DNA of 64,000 bases from Marsupella aquatica (taxonomy: Eukaryota > Plantae > Marchantiophyta): positions 23,434,709 to 23,498,708 of the forward strand of contig OZ316894.1 of NCBI GenBank assembly GCA_973895155.1, given 5' to 3'. The first letter of the stretch is position 1. Each line of letters starts with the position of its first letter. Made by a program: the position numbers and the translations under genes. Positions 51,001 through 64,000 of this stretch are shown here, one piece after another. The notes beneath the pieces are model-generated. The model was not told the origin of the DNA. It saw only the letters and a program-made list of their open reading frames with translations, and ran no database searches.

Positions 51001-54000
51001 TATGGAACTATCTAAATTTCTGAAACCCTTTAACATCTTATCCTCCAGACTGGTTGAAATTACTAAATTGCCACCAAAACTATTTAATTGTAAGGCTGCT
51101 CCCAACTTTTACTTCACTATACCGAGCTGGCACACAATTGTTGCACAGACATATGGAAGCTTGTGATTGGGCCCGTGCTAACCCCACCCTCTGCAAGTAT
51201 ACCTTCACTCTGGAACAGGTTCCCCCCATCTAACACTCATTGGAATGTCGGGTGTCCACTATTGACTCTGAGAAAAACTATTGCAATTGGTCCCCCTCCC
51301 CTCCCCCCCCCCCAAAAAAAAACAAAAACAAAAAACCTACACACACACTTTTAGGGTCTGAGTGAGATAGATTGGAGAACTTGTCCCCAGAACAATTGCA
51401 TACCATTGGAGGTTGGTCTAGCCTGGTTAACCCAACCCACAAGCATACAAAATGGGATGCAAATTAAAGAATGTAAAGTAGGTTAAAGGAAAAAAAAAAA
51501 AAAACATTTCAGAGATAGCCAATAAAGGTTCTGTTGTTGGGTTGTTGGGCTATCTCGTTTTGACTTGTGGGATGCAATGCTTTGCCAATGTACTAATGTA
51601 GGCATGGATTTTAAATAAGACAGCGGCAGTTAGAGTTGCATAATTATGCAGTAGGGATGATCAAGTTGGAGCAAAAATAAATAATTACAAGTTCTGCAAA
51701 CATTACATAAATAATTATGTAGTGTTGCAGAACTTGTAAAAATATTGTAATGCATGTTTTAGCAATATTCTAAGCATTTTCTGTAAAACACTGATGTATC
51801 CATGTATACATTTTGTTTATATAATTATTTATGGCATTGCCATTTGACAGGTAAATTTGTGCTAAATTTCTTGCAGGATATGTACTCACCTGATTGGACT
51901 ACTGTAGTTTGAGAAGCAATCTATGCAGTGGGAAGGAATTTCTTGCCATAGTAGTCAAGTCATGGTTGGAGCCATTTATCATTTTCTACTGTTCTCCTAC
52001 TTAGTCTAAAACAATCTGGTCGACCATTTCACCTAACAATTATGCCTATTCCACCTCCATTCTACAAATATCCTGGGTAGAGGACCCATTGTGGTCCTCT
52101 GTAGCTGTGCCCAGTGTCTTTTGCAATTCTGTGCCTCTCTGCCATGGGGCATTGGGAAAGACCATTGGACCCCGTGTACTTTATTTGTCCACTCAGGTGG
52201 TACCTAGAGTGAAATATTGAGATGACTCTGGTCTTTGCAGGAGGTCGATGTAGCTGGCCCTGTTCTACTCGATCCATGACTATTTTGTTTCCTTGAAAAC
52301 AATAAAATAGTAATCTTATTGTATTGAACATGTCAGGGAAAATAATTTTTAAAGTGAGGAAGAAGAGGGGGTTGTGAGGTACTGACAAGGCAAGGATTCT
52401 ATTGTCGTGTAAGGAACATTATGTAGCCTAATGAGGTATAATGGTACAGTTTTGGGTTGACTAAAGGAGGTACGGCTCACAAAAATATGAATTGATTTCA
52501 AGTATTCTTAGCGAAACTTAACCGTGAAGAGCTTTACCATCCATTTTAGTTTGTTGTTTACTGGGGCTGTAATTCTTTTGTTGTTGTTGTGGACGGGGGC
52601 TTTTGGCAATGCTTGCTGGGTTTTCCCCTTGTTTTCTTCTTTCAATGGGTTCTTGCCTCTCTGATACAGTCTCCCCCTTTGGCGTTTTTTGTTCTTTGGT
52701 AGTGTGGTATATATAGTGCTTAGTAGAGTGGCTAAGGGCTTGTATGGGGATGGAAGGTCTGGGGTTTGAATCTTGCAGAAGGAGCAAGCTTTTCTTTAAA
52801 GAATGAAGCACAAAAAGTAAGGTCATACAAAATCATGAAATAGTTTAAGGGGGCTCTATCATTATGCAACAAGGGATGGGAAAAACAAAGATAGACTCCC
52901 TTAAAAACATTAAATTACTACTCCTGTAAATAGCCTTCCTGAGAAGGTCAGGTAGATTAGCCATAAGGAGATAAGAAGACGTCAAAAAATGGACATTACT
53001 CTGTCTTTGCAAAAGGTTGAGTGCTACATGGAGATATTTGCTGAAGGGGGCCCAAAAATGAAAATTGTTATTTCATAGAACCATTGAGGTTTTGAGTATG
53101 TGGATTCAAGGTTCATCAAGGTCAGTCAACTGTCTGGATCACTCAAGGATCCTATCAAATAACACTTTTCCTTTTGGGGCATGGCTAGATCTGATCTGTT
53201 AGACACTGTAGCATCAAATTTTGACTGTTAGATCTTGGTGTATCGTGCCTTGCCAAAGTTGTCAAATTCAAATTTTCTTTAAAATCTGAAAATTATTCAC
53301 TGTACTGTTTGCAACGTCCTCAATATGTTAAACCTGTTCTCATTATAAACCTCAATTGTTGGCATTAATTATTACTTTCACAGGTATATTTAATTATCCA
53401 TGGAACCAGGTGGCTCCCTGTTTTGTCACTTCATATTAATATATTTAATTAAAGATTTACTGTTCTCTGTAGGAATAATATATTTTATATCTTACATCAC
53501 TAGGATATGATATGTTCCATCTGGTTTACAGTAAGATAATATAAATTCATTAGAATATTCTCTAAACTGCATCACAAATTCTTGAGTAGTAAGCCCGGGT
53601 GCACCAAAGAGTTAGCTGTGAAGCACAGATGGATTGATGCAAAAAACCATAAACTGTTTGGATAGCACTCTCTGCAGTTTAGACTGCTATGTGACCTGTA
53701 GACAAGCTCCTCACCATTTTCAGCCTGCTTAGTGGTAGGTCATTGCTCATTCACAAACTACTCACAATGCCCTTCATAAGTGAAACAGCATTCCCCAAGT
53801 GATAACTCATCGCTCATGCCAAATTTCTCAGGGTGTTATGCAAAATAGTAAAGAATCCTCCCAGAAGTGGTATTTTGCCACTCATGCCCAAACTACTACA
53901 AGGAGTCATTCACAAAAGTGAAATGTTTATTGGCATTTGGTTTATGATATTGATCATTAGAATGAACCATAAAGCCTGCACTCATCCACAACTAAGAAAA

Positions 54001-54949
54001 TGATTTCCAAAAATCTCAAACTTTGTGAGGTTATAGATTGGACATCATAGAAAATGCTGGGAAATTTTAAGTTTAGACATAGACAACAAAATTCCCCATA
54101 TAAATCCACAAGTCTACCAAAAAGCAACATGTTCTGAGCTGGGTTGTAGGTCAAAATGTGTGGTTCCTGAAGAGGGATACTGCCACTAACTTGGATGGTC
54201 AGTGCATCTGAGTCTGCACTGAACACCAGCCAGTGTCAATGCAACATGGTATGGAGGTGGTCATGATATGGAATTGGTGTTAGTACTTAGACCATTTCTT
54301 GTCGGATTCAAGTTTTTGGGGGATGTAAAAATAGTCTGAGTAACAGTAAATTCAATTAATAGTGTAGAAAAGCTCCCCATGTCCGTGCCTATCAAGCATC
54401 TTAGTCTATATATCTAAAATGTCTGTTATCAGAGAAATGACAGCCTATGATTGGTCCTTAGAGTTAAATCACCAATGAATCATAGTATAGTTTAGGGTGG
54501 CTTTGCAAGAAGGGGGGCACTTGTGACTTATTTTCACCAAGGCAGACTGGCCTGCCATTTCGAGTTCTAAAGGCTAGCCTCAATGTTGGAGCTATGCTCA
54601 TAAATAGATGGTATCATGTCACTTTCCAGTTCCATGCTCAACCGTAGCTGTGCCCCAGAGCACAATCTAGAGGCTTGCTTAGAGTAGGACTGGATTGGAG
54701 TTCTTGAGTGTATGTATTTGATAAAGCACCCTAGAAGTTGGAAATTAGATAAACTCTAGACAAAAAAATAAAATTTAAGTTCAGTAAATTCAATTCCAAT
54801 GAAGGAGTCAAAGTTTGGAAATGTTTGGACCAGTTCTCAAGGTGGTTTAAAATACAAAAGAAGCACTCCACATCAATTTCTTGGTCCGATTCTTCGCCAT
54901 GTACGATCCACTCCCTTGTTGTAAAGGTTGTCTGCAGCAGGAGTTTCCA

Positions 54950-55290
54950 TTTGGTCAAAATTTAATAAAAGACTGAATCAGAAGGAACACTGGGCCCCCA
55001 CATCTTCTTGTAAAGGCCCATTCTTCTATGGTCAAAATTTAATGGAGACTGAATATAAAGAAACAACGGCCCCTACTTCTGGTTAAGACATCCTAAGTCT
55101 GTTTAAGCCTTGAGAGCCCCACTCATGCTATGATAACAAATATTCAATCTAGACTGCATAAAAAAACAACGGGCCCCTACTCCTTCTGAAGCCAGCCTAA
55201 TTTTGTCAAAGTCATGTACAGCCCCATTCATCCTATGGTCAAAATTTAATCTAGACTGCATAAAAAGAAACAATGGGGCCCCCATACTTG
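54950..55290. repeat. Degenerate tandem repeat (GGTCAAAATTTAAT..AGACTG.AT.AAAGAAACAA.GGGCCCC unit)
   Basis: At least four copies visible. Confidence 0.8.
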
Positions 55291-56489
55291 TGGAGCCGCC
55301 CTAAGTTTGTCTGAGTCTTCTAAAGCCGTCCTAGGCTTGTCTAGATTTTGTAGGGTGACAAGATGGGACGGATGCAGTTGGTGAAGGGTTGGCACTGGGC
55401 AAGTTCTTAAGACTGTTGGGGAGGTGTGCAGTGGCTGGGCGGTGGGCGAGCTCAAAGGTTGGTGGCATTTGTTGGAGGCAGGGGTGGAGGACACCAATGG
55501 CATCTTTCTGCCAAACAGGGTATTTAATTGTCATAATCCCGAGCATAGCATCACCTTTTGGCTGACGCATGATCCGCCACATGAGAAAACCTGTAATGTG
55601 CGAAACATCCCAGACTCTGCCTAACTGCACACTCTATAATTGCAAACCCTGGCTAGTTGCAAGGCATTGTGTTCTTTCCGGTTTAGAGCAACCATGAATG
55701 CATACATGCAAACCCTCTATAATTGTTTCTGGTAAGCACACAATTCCATGGGCAGTTCCTTTGACTTACACTTTTGCATGTCATTTTTACAAAGAGTGAA
55801 AATTGCACTTATGAGGGTAGGGGATCATATTTAGAGCATGGATGCAGAATCTAGGAAGGAAGTCACAATGGTGTTGGTTGACAAAAGGTCCATTGCATAC
55901 CGAGTACTCTACACTCCTAGAACATCCACACTGGTGCCTGGCATTGGGCACCCAGACTGGCATATGTTGCAGTTCCCCAGCTCACCCTCAAATTAGGGCT
56001 TGCACCCGTCTATGCCCCAACAAATTGCCGATTGCCATATTCTCTGTTTTTCCAAGAAAGTCACCATCACGGCTTGTCAAAGTTTTCTTGTAACCAAAGT
56101 GTTACGGCGTTATTGTTTTGGACATATTACCCTTATGGGGTACATATTTTGGTAGTCCATAGTGATTTTGTCCTGACCATAACATAGTTTTATGTCCTGA
56201 GCTGTAACTGAGTTATAGCTGTGTTTTGACATGCCCTATTCCACTCTTCCACATGCCACATGTCTGCATCAGGCGTCACAATCTATGGTGTTCAAATGTC
56301 AATTTCAAACATGTGGATGTCCATTTTGTCGGTTTTCTACAGGAGGGTTCCCTAGGGGTGACTGCAATGGTTACAAGTTCATGGGCCTGGGAAAGAATTG
56401 CAGGCCCCTGCCAAACTTCCTAAGATGCAGGGTACCTGGCCAGGAAACCAGTGCAAATGCTCTTATCAAAGAATGTAAATCCCAGGTTT

Positions 56490-56745
56490 TTGTGTAGGGT
56501 AACCCATCCCCAAGACGGGGTCATGGGATGTATCCCAAGGGCAGTGACTCCAAAAGAGTTACAGCCCACTATTCCCAAGTGAGGATGAGTTACGGAGTTG
56601 TTAAGTCCATTACTTTTATCTATTCACTTGATTTTTAGCACAAAAGTTTAGTTTGTCATTTGCTTGCACTACACTCAATTTTTCATTCAAATTTGAGAAA
56701 AATGGAGACTCCCTAGGCCAGGTTAATGTCTCATAATCATGCATA
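56490..56745. repeat. Dispersed repeat, copy B (inverted relative to 27900-28160)
   Basis: See copy A. The two also share TTCATTCAAATTT and AATGTCTCATAA blocks. Confidence 0.8.
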
Positions 56746-58429
56746 GAGAAAAAAAATTACGAGAGATTTATACATTTATGACACAGGTAAACTTTCACAG
56801 AGATTTACCCACTTATGACAGAGGTACGCCCTAGTGCATTAGAGAGAGGAATGTAATAAAATCACGTAATACTGTACAGGATCTTCAAGCTTCAGCACAG
56901 AAATAATGGTCGGCCGATTGCTTTTTCCTGACTGGATCGATCGATGGACGGACGCCCTTGAGTACACGACGTGAGGCCCGTGCGTGCTTCTTTCTTCCCA
57001 CGCGAATTGAACGCCGATTATGATTGATTGACGGTGTGGCCCCTTTCGAGACATTGACTGCTGGTACTACCCACGTACACAGTCCTGCTGCAAACTGGCT
57101 GACAAAACCAGAGCGCCAGAAAGTCGAAAGTAGACTTCAATTCAGAAGCCAGTCTGAGATTCGCTGTATTCCAATCCTGCCATTAATTAATACCGTGTAA
57201 TCAAGAGTCGGTCAGACATCGGGAGCCTCTACTCCTCTAGAGTGCTGAGTACCATACTTTAAGCTGGACGACCTTGAGAGCAGGTGTTTGATCATGCACA
57301 GCCATTAAGTCCCGTTGCAGCGAAGTGATGGAGGAATTCAAAATATGCAACCTATTCTGGGAATCTGTGCGTTAACGGTAATTGAATTTCGAAGGTCTGG
57401 CAGGAAAGGGGGCGTGATTTACGGAGGGAACGGACGAGGACACACCGGCAGAGCAAGCATAGTCAAACTGTACTGCTGAAAGTAATTTAGATTTCTTATT
57501 GCGCTACTCAATTTTGAGGTAAAAAAGTGGAGCATTGTGATACTTTGCTGTCAAACACGAGAGATGAGATTACTACACTGGGGACACTCAGCTGACGAGT
57601 GTCTTCCATATCCCGTTTGGAGGTTTTGTCCCCGATCGAGGACTATGGGTACAGTATTAGCTTTAGTGTACTTTTTTTCACTTGAGGGCTATTCTGGACA
57701 GAAGCGTTGAAGTTACTACTCAAGAAACTTGCTATGCCAGAAGTTTTTCGCCGGAATTGTTCGACGATGAAGAAAGCATCGTTCAACATTTGCACACTCC
57801 TGAAAATCGACTCATTTAGCTGAAAATTGACATAGAAGTCTAATTCTCTGCCCCTCATTTTGAATTTTCAAAGTCGAGCCAATAGTGTCCACGGAGCTCT
57901 TTCACATCCACATCGATACCCGCAGCACGTTCGTGCCCGGGCGTTACCATAAATCACATCTGTTAACACGGGAATCAAAGCAGTTCTGCTCGAGATGGCT
58001 TTGTCGTGCGGAGAGGTGCATCCGTTGTGCCGCAAGATTACTACAAACTACCCCCTGCACTGAGAGAGGGAAGTTCGAGTGACCCGTTTACATGCAACTT
58101 CATCATGAGAGCGGAAATCAAACAAGTGCACAGAGTGTTGAACCAGGAATACGACTTCTATTTTTAGACACGCGGATAGACGTACTTCCGCCATGACTTG
58201 CTTTCAGATGACATGAGATTCCCTCCCTAAATTGATATGGTCCTGGATGTTCGAGAAACTTCGATAGCTCCTAGCACTTTACTCCAGCAGATAGAAAATA
58301 TAACGGAGACGTCTCGAATAGGGATTTATCTAGCATTGAACTGGTGTCTCCTCAGCTTAAGTCTTCCTCCGCCCTTAAGTCGAGGTCACATTGGTTCAAT
58401 ATAACCAGGGTCCATGATTTCCGACTGCA

Positions 58430-58660
58430 ACGGAATCAAAGCGAGATGACATTTCTTCAAAAGAAACAGAGCGTGTGACTTGCTACTGAAAGCAGCATGA
58501 AAGCAACCATGTCTTGCGTCGAGATCACATTAGTTCAGAGTAAACAAGGTCCGTAGTTGCTACTGAGAATGGAACCACACTGAGGCAATCTTCGTTCAGA
58601 ATGAACAGAGCATGTGGCTTGCTACTCAAAACGGAATGAAAGTAGCCATATCTTGAGTAT
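58430..58660. repeat. Degenerate ~70-bp tandem repeat downstream of phytocyanin 2
   Basis: AACAGAGC.TGTG.CTTGCTACT.AAA...ATGAAAG...CCAT.TCTTG.GT at ~58465 and ~58604, with a diverged copy between them. Confidence 0.7.
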
Positions 58661-58982
58661 TTGAAACAGAAAATTCACTTGATGTCAATGAACATTACAC
58701 TCGTTACTCTACATCTTCCCACGTGACAATGTGGGAAGAGAGGTCCTCAATTACATCTAAATCTAGTGTTAAAACAATGTAGCATAGACACTCTCAGATC
58801 ACGCGCACAACGAAGTGCAAGAATAGTTTGAGGAATCAAGGAGACACTAAATCTGCGCGGACCGAGCAGCACTGTGGCCTAGTCTTATCTCAGCTGGCTG
58901 AGCTCGATCACGGCAAAGGGGCACCTCGTCGGGTACAGGTAGTCTCTCATCCCTTGCAACACATTGTTAGGATGGTTCCTCC

Positions 58983-60339
58983 TTACACCAAAAGAAATGC
59001 CAGTCCAGCGACAACGACTGCCGCAAACATTGCAGACCCAGATGAGATGATTGAGCTGCCGCTGTTTCCTGGACTAGCAGGTGAAGGAGCTGGAGCCTCT
59101 GGAACTATTACTGGAACGGTCGGAGCTGCAGTACCTGGAGTGGGAGCTGCGGTGGGGGATGTCTTGGGGGTTGGAGAGGGGGCTTTGGGAGAGGGCGCAG
59201 GAGCTTTGGTAGTGGGAGCTGGAGCGGGGGCAGGTTTCGCCGGAGCCGGAGCAGTGACGGGTGCAGTGGTTGGGGCAGCGGCCGCCACTGTAACGCTCAG
59301 TTGCATGCCGCTTGCAGAGCAATGAGTGGGGATTTGACAAGCGAATGCATGCGTTCCTGCGGTTTTAAGAGTAACGACTGAGTTGCCAGCAGTGTAAGTC
59401 GCGATTGGGTTAGCGAAGTTGCAAGAGGAGAGCTGTGCTGGAGGGATCTCGTACACATTGTGCACCCCAGATGAGTACGGAAACACTGCAAAAGGAACAA
59501 GAACCACCGATCAATCTTATGCTAGATTCACAAAACCACCAACGCAAGAACTCTTACAGCAGGTTCAAGAACAGACACACGAAGTGCACACTCCTGATCA
59601 GAACTAATCCAGTATCACGTATACAGCAAGTGACAATGCGAAGGGCTGGACAGATGACTAGGTTGAAAGTGAGTAAAAGCTCGACGAGTGAGATGCTCTT
59701 CACTACAGCAATAAAGCCCCGTCGGGTGTCAGGATAAAAGTTCAGCACACTACACAAGCCAGCAGAGTACACAGCAGAGACTCTGCAGTGACGAACTGTT
59801 TCGGAAAGAGCTCAATGGACGCACTACGGAGGCGACGTGGAGAACATCAGTGAGGATGCTTCCAACCTGGGTAGAGGATATGAGCTACGTGAACTGAAAT
59901 TGGGTCCTTCTACCACGGAACCGGACATTCTCGTTGCCAACGACATATTGTGAAGTGCAGGGTTTCGTCACGCAGAAACCACTAGCGAAAATGCATTGAC
60001 ACATTCTATCTCGTGTAGGGAACTCCGGCAGCGCAGAGATCCTGTGGGCAGCGCATTGCAGTGTTCTTTCCACCAGTGTCCGACCAAAACGACCATCCAA
60101 GGCAATCTACCACTCCAAAAACGGTGTTGACAGAGGTCACAGTGGGGCGGGAAAGCTAACTTACATAGTGTATCTCCCACGACGAGGTTGATGCTTTGGA
60201 ACTGGCTGGTGTAGACCGAATTGCTGCCCGTTTGATAAGTCCACCCACCGCTATTACCCACAGTGTATTGCGTGGCAGTCGCGCTGTGGAGTCCTAATAT
60301 GACCAGTAGCGCCACCATCGCTCTTCCACTGAGTTCCAT
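58983..60339 (-). CDS. Phytocyanin (blue copper, uclacyanin-like): signal peptide, long AP/SP/TP-rich AGP-like linker, putative GPI signal; 2 exons
   Basis: Exon 60339-60165 (MELSGRAMVALLVILGLHSATATQYTVGNSGGW..LVVGDTL) and exon 59485-58983 (FPYSSGVHNV..SC..HAFACQIPTHCSASGMQL; ligands His, Cys, His, Met). Hydrophobic tail. Confidence 0.95.
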
Positions 60340-61235
60340 CTTGACGCTTGCACTACCTCTTTCCAGGCCGCTCGATGTTCCTTTGTGCCTTGCTGCTGTT
60401 TATCCTCCTGCTACCTGCACTCAACCCAGCTGCTAATCTTCTGCCCTGCTGAAATGTCCGTTGACAGTTTCTACTTCACAATTCTCAAGACTTGTTTCAG
60501 AGAAGTAATCCGAATACCAGCTTTCACGTCAACTGATGAGAGCGCAAATGCAATTGTAGTAGAGGAGCGAACACGGGTTTCCAGGGTGTCGAGCTAGCTC
60601 CTCAATATATAACCCCAAGAGAGACACAAACAGAGTGAACTCTCACTGTTGAGGGTCAACACTTCTCTTGTGTTTCTTACGCGCAAAGCCAGCTCGGTGA
60701 GGGGCGGTGCGTGGTCACAGGGAAGGAGGCAACGGCACCTGCTGACTGCGAACAAACGGGAGGGAGGACTTCAAACCTAGCCGCGCTACAGTTGTAGTAG
60801 ATGTGGCCCGCTGAACCCGCTCTACTCCCTGATTCTTCTTCTACCCAATAGACCCAATCACTCGCTAGCATTCCTATCTAAAGGATCCAGTCAAGGGGGC
60901 AGGAGAGAATAACGGTAGTGGCCAGCCTGAGGCCAGGATAGAAGATAGGCTGGGACTAAGGGAGGCCCCCTCCCTGGATTGCTCCTTCTCCCTCTCAGGT
61001 ACAACTGCTCTGGCTAGCGAGTACTGCGCGTCGACTGAATCAGCAGAGGAACCGTAGGCATGCAGCTACCAACCGTGCTTCCGCGGCGGCACGCACACAT
61101 CTGCCGTGTGTGACCCACATTGATCAACTCTGCAGCCTTGTGTGCCCTCATCACTCCTTCACAATTCTACTAGACCACTCCCAAGTCCCAACAGCTTACT
61201 ACGCGTGCAGCAAACCGCTGCTGACTGCTGAGAGA

Positions 61236-61352
61236 CTGCTGGGTTCATCTCCTGGACTGTACTGAACTTTTGCTTTGATGAAAAAGAACATCGCTGGGTT
61301 CGTCACCTGTACACTAGTGTACCGAATTTTTGCTTTGATGGAAAAGAACACC
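61236..61352. repeat. ~58-bp tandem duplication
   Basis: GCTGGGTTC..C.CCTG...TGTAC.GAA.TTTTGCTTTGATG.AAAAGAACA x2. Confidence 0.8.
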
Positions 61353-61810
61353 TAACTGCACACGAACACCATAGACAAAGCTCTCAATGCTGGACCGTTA
61401 TTTGGGGGGGGGGGGGGGGTCATCAAGACGATCAATCGTCCAAGACGACAGCTATTTCTTCTCTCGAGATTTCTGGCTACAATTCAGGCTTTCTGGGCTT
61501 AAATTTTCCACTTGCCAGCTGAAAGTCAAGCTCTCGTGCCGCCAAATCCAGTTAGGAGAGTACTTTCTTCTCTACTTTTTAGCTACAGAGCTTATAATTG
61601 CATTGCTGCTAGCTGGAATTGGTGATCTTCTATGGAGGATTTATCATCCATCCTGAGGAGGGCGCCACTATTTCTTCACCACTGTGCACTCCTTTAGACG
61701 CGGAGCTTTCAATTGTTTTTGTACTTGAACAATTGATTCATAATCAGACCAAGAGCGGGCTAAAATAATTCAGCACCTGCAGGGCCTGCAATTGCATTTA
61801 TTGCTGTTCG

Positions 61811-61970
61811 TGGACCCATCAACAAATCTTTCCAAGAGGCTTTTCTCCTCTCCACTAGTTTAGCTGGACCCAGGTAATCTTTCCAAGACGCTTTCTTCTT
61901 TCCCCAGGTTTAGATGAGCCCATCAGCTAATCAATCCAAGATGCTTTCACCTCTCTGCTAATTTAGCTGC
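61811..61970. repeat. Three degenerate ~52-bp tandem units
   Basis: TGGACCCA....AATCTTTCCAAGA.GCTTT..CT.T....GTTTAG x3. Confidence 0.75.
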
Positions 61971-62829
61971 AAAGCTTACAAATTAAAATCTTGATGTTTT
62001 TTACTTGAACTAGCCCACATGACCCGTTCCTTGAACATTGATAGATATGAATTGAAAATTTTGCACAATACAATTATATGCTATTTTGGTTAGTCCTTGT
62101 CACATCTTTATTTTTTGTCCATCCTCATTCAGTTTGGTCTTTATTTGAAGTCAATGTCACTTTTGTCAATATTCATTAAAAAAAATTGACTTCATTGAAG
62201 CTCATTATTAATTTTGTGTCTATTGGAAATTATGGTCTAGAGGTTCACTCTAGACCTAGGCCCTTAAAAGTAGACCTCAGTTGAGGCTTTTATAATAAGA
62301 TTTAGAGCTTGATCTGAACTGGACCCAGTATATCATCACTCTTTCCAACAGGAGATACATCTATCTACAGTAGCTAAACGCTAGCAGATGCAGTTTGGCT
62401 CTCTTTTTCTCATGGTCTGTCTAAGCAATGTCTCATTTTCTCATGGTCTGTTTATGCAATGTTGGGACTTATGCAATTTTGGTAGTTTTTCCTCCTGGTC
62501 TGTTTACACACCATTGGGAAGTCTCTCTGGTTGTGTGGTTATGATGACATCATTTTCTAACCATGAGATGGGTTCAAAGATGTCAGTGTGCACCTCTCCC
62601 GCTCTCAACCTGTTACTCTCCCAGCAGCTTGTATAGTCCTTGCAATGCAGCTGCCAACCTGACCGCAGTGCATGACAGCCTGGGAATCTCCTTATGCTCG
62701 ACAACACTTTTGTTCAACATCAATTACTCTCTACAAGACATTGCAATAAAGGCATTGGACTAGTACCACTCTACTAAGCACATTAAACCATGCTTTTAAA
62801 GGGGCCAAAGGCAATCATGTGGATTTACT

Positions 62830-63826
62830 TCCACATACTTCTGAACAAAGCTTGGGAATCAGTGTGATCCAAAGCTAAGATAAGGGCCTATGGTCTATAG
62901 TGAACAGATGATGACTCTCAGGGGCACAGGTGCGGTTGGCGGTGGAAGGGCACCCAATAAGTCTTCCAATGGACTTCCCATTAGGAAGTTATCGCCGTTT
63001 CCGTTTGGCGTTTTCCTTTAATGTTGCGATCGCCGCAGCCCATGACTTTGGCTCGCCTTTAGCCCCCAGGGAGACACCACTCCCCTCATATATGCTTCTG
63101 GAGACCTGTCACCCCCGGACCTACTTTGGTCCCCAAATTTTGGCCCTCCACCTGGACCCCTACCTGCATATCTGGGCGCGCCACCAATTGGCTATGCCCA
63201 CAACTTTCTAGTTAAGCGTCCGTAAGTGGAGTGCCTTAGCTCATTGTGATCAGGCTGACCCAGTGCTCATGCCCAGGCTCTCAGATCCCGTTGTCGCCCG
63301 GGGCCCCCAATCGGCCAAACCTGGTTTGGGTCGTAACTCATGCCCCAAGTGTCCATTGCCCATGGAGTAAACTCCATTTGCCTTGGGCCTCAAGCCCTCA
63401 GAAGTCAAAGTTCGTCCGGGGCTCTGGACGATCAACCTTGAGACCGGCCCTTTCCCCTTAACCCGACCAGTCCTCAGCTAGTCTAAGTCCTTAGTGTGTG
63501 TCCCCAGCTTAGCGCCTTGCCTTTGCTAGTGTCACGCCCCATTGCTCACAAGTTTCCTCATGCTAAGTCCACCCCGGATGGCCGTTTCGGGCCTGGACCA
63601 TAGGGGAGCTTGGCGTCAGAGTCAGCGATGCTGGATCTAAGTGTTAAGGTAGTCAAGTTATGTAACTATTCACGTCCACACACTTGTGAACAAAGCTTGA
63701 GGCTAATATTCTATCAAATGAAATGTGATCCAAAGCTAAGATAAGGGCCTACGGTCTATAGTGAATCTCTAGAATCTCTAGATGATGACTCTCGGGGGCA
63801 CAGGTGTGGTTGGTGGTGGAAGGGCA
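62830..63826. repeat. Direct repeats (~120-150 bp) flanking a ~720-bp GC-rich segment
   Basis: TGTGATCCAAAGCTAAGATAAGGGCCTA.GGTCTATAGTGAA...GATGATGACTCTC.GGGGCACAGGTG.GGTTGG.GGTGGAAGGGCA at 62830-62952 and 63675-63826. Confidence 0.85.
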
Positions 63827-64000
63827 TGATAGTATTCACCATCATGTATGAGCAAAGCTTGGGCATTCAAGCTAATAATTTTCTAAATTAGTTGCAAAAA
63901 TTAGTTATTAAGTACATGATCATTAGTTATTAACTACATGATCAGAGAGAGTTTGACCAAAGACTCAATGATCTTATACATGTAAATACCATGGTGTGAG

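Noticed and set aside
52000-56460. Degraded coding-like frames (possible transposase fossils)
   Set aside because: No catalytic or family motif could be recognised by eye. Left unassigned pending BLASTx.
58828-59325. 165-aa Gly/Ala-rich plus-strand ORF
   Set aside because: Antisense shadow of the Pro/Ala-rich phytocyanin exon.

Overview
Eukaryotic land-plant genomic DNA: intron-rich genes separated by TE-derived intergenic sequence. It is probably a non-seed plant such as a bryophyte, but that is inference. Main contents: (1) a decayed but full-length-looking ~6.1 kb Helitron (4577-10699); (2) a 33-exon autoinhibited P2B Ca2+-ATPase gene, ACA8/9/10-like (11864-24876, +), with one GC-AG intron and an antisense, intron-less glutathione reductase fragment inside another intron; (3) a plastid-type tRNA-fMet 3' fragment between 20-bp direct repeats; (4) a SAWADEE homeodomain homolog gene (-); (5) two GPI-anchored, Met-axial phytocyanin genes (-) that flank a ~5 kb degraded coding relic resembling a VLIG/GVIN-type very large GTPase; (6) several MITEs, fold-backs and many short tandem duplications. 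No CRISPR array, rRNA or prokaryotic system was seen. All homology calls were made by eye from manual translation; no database searches were run.
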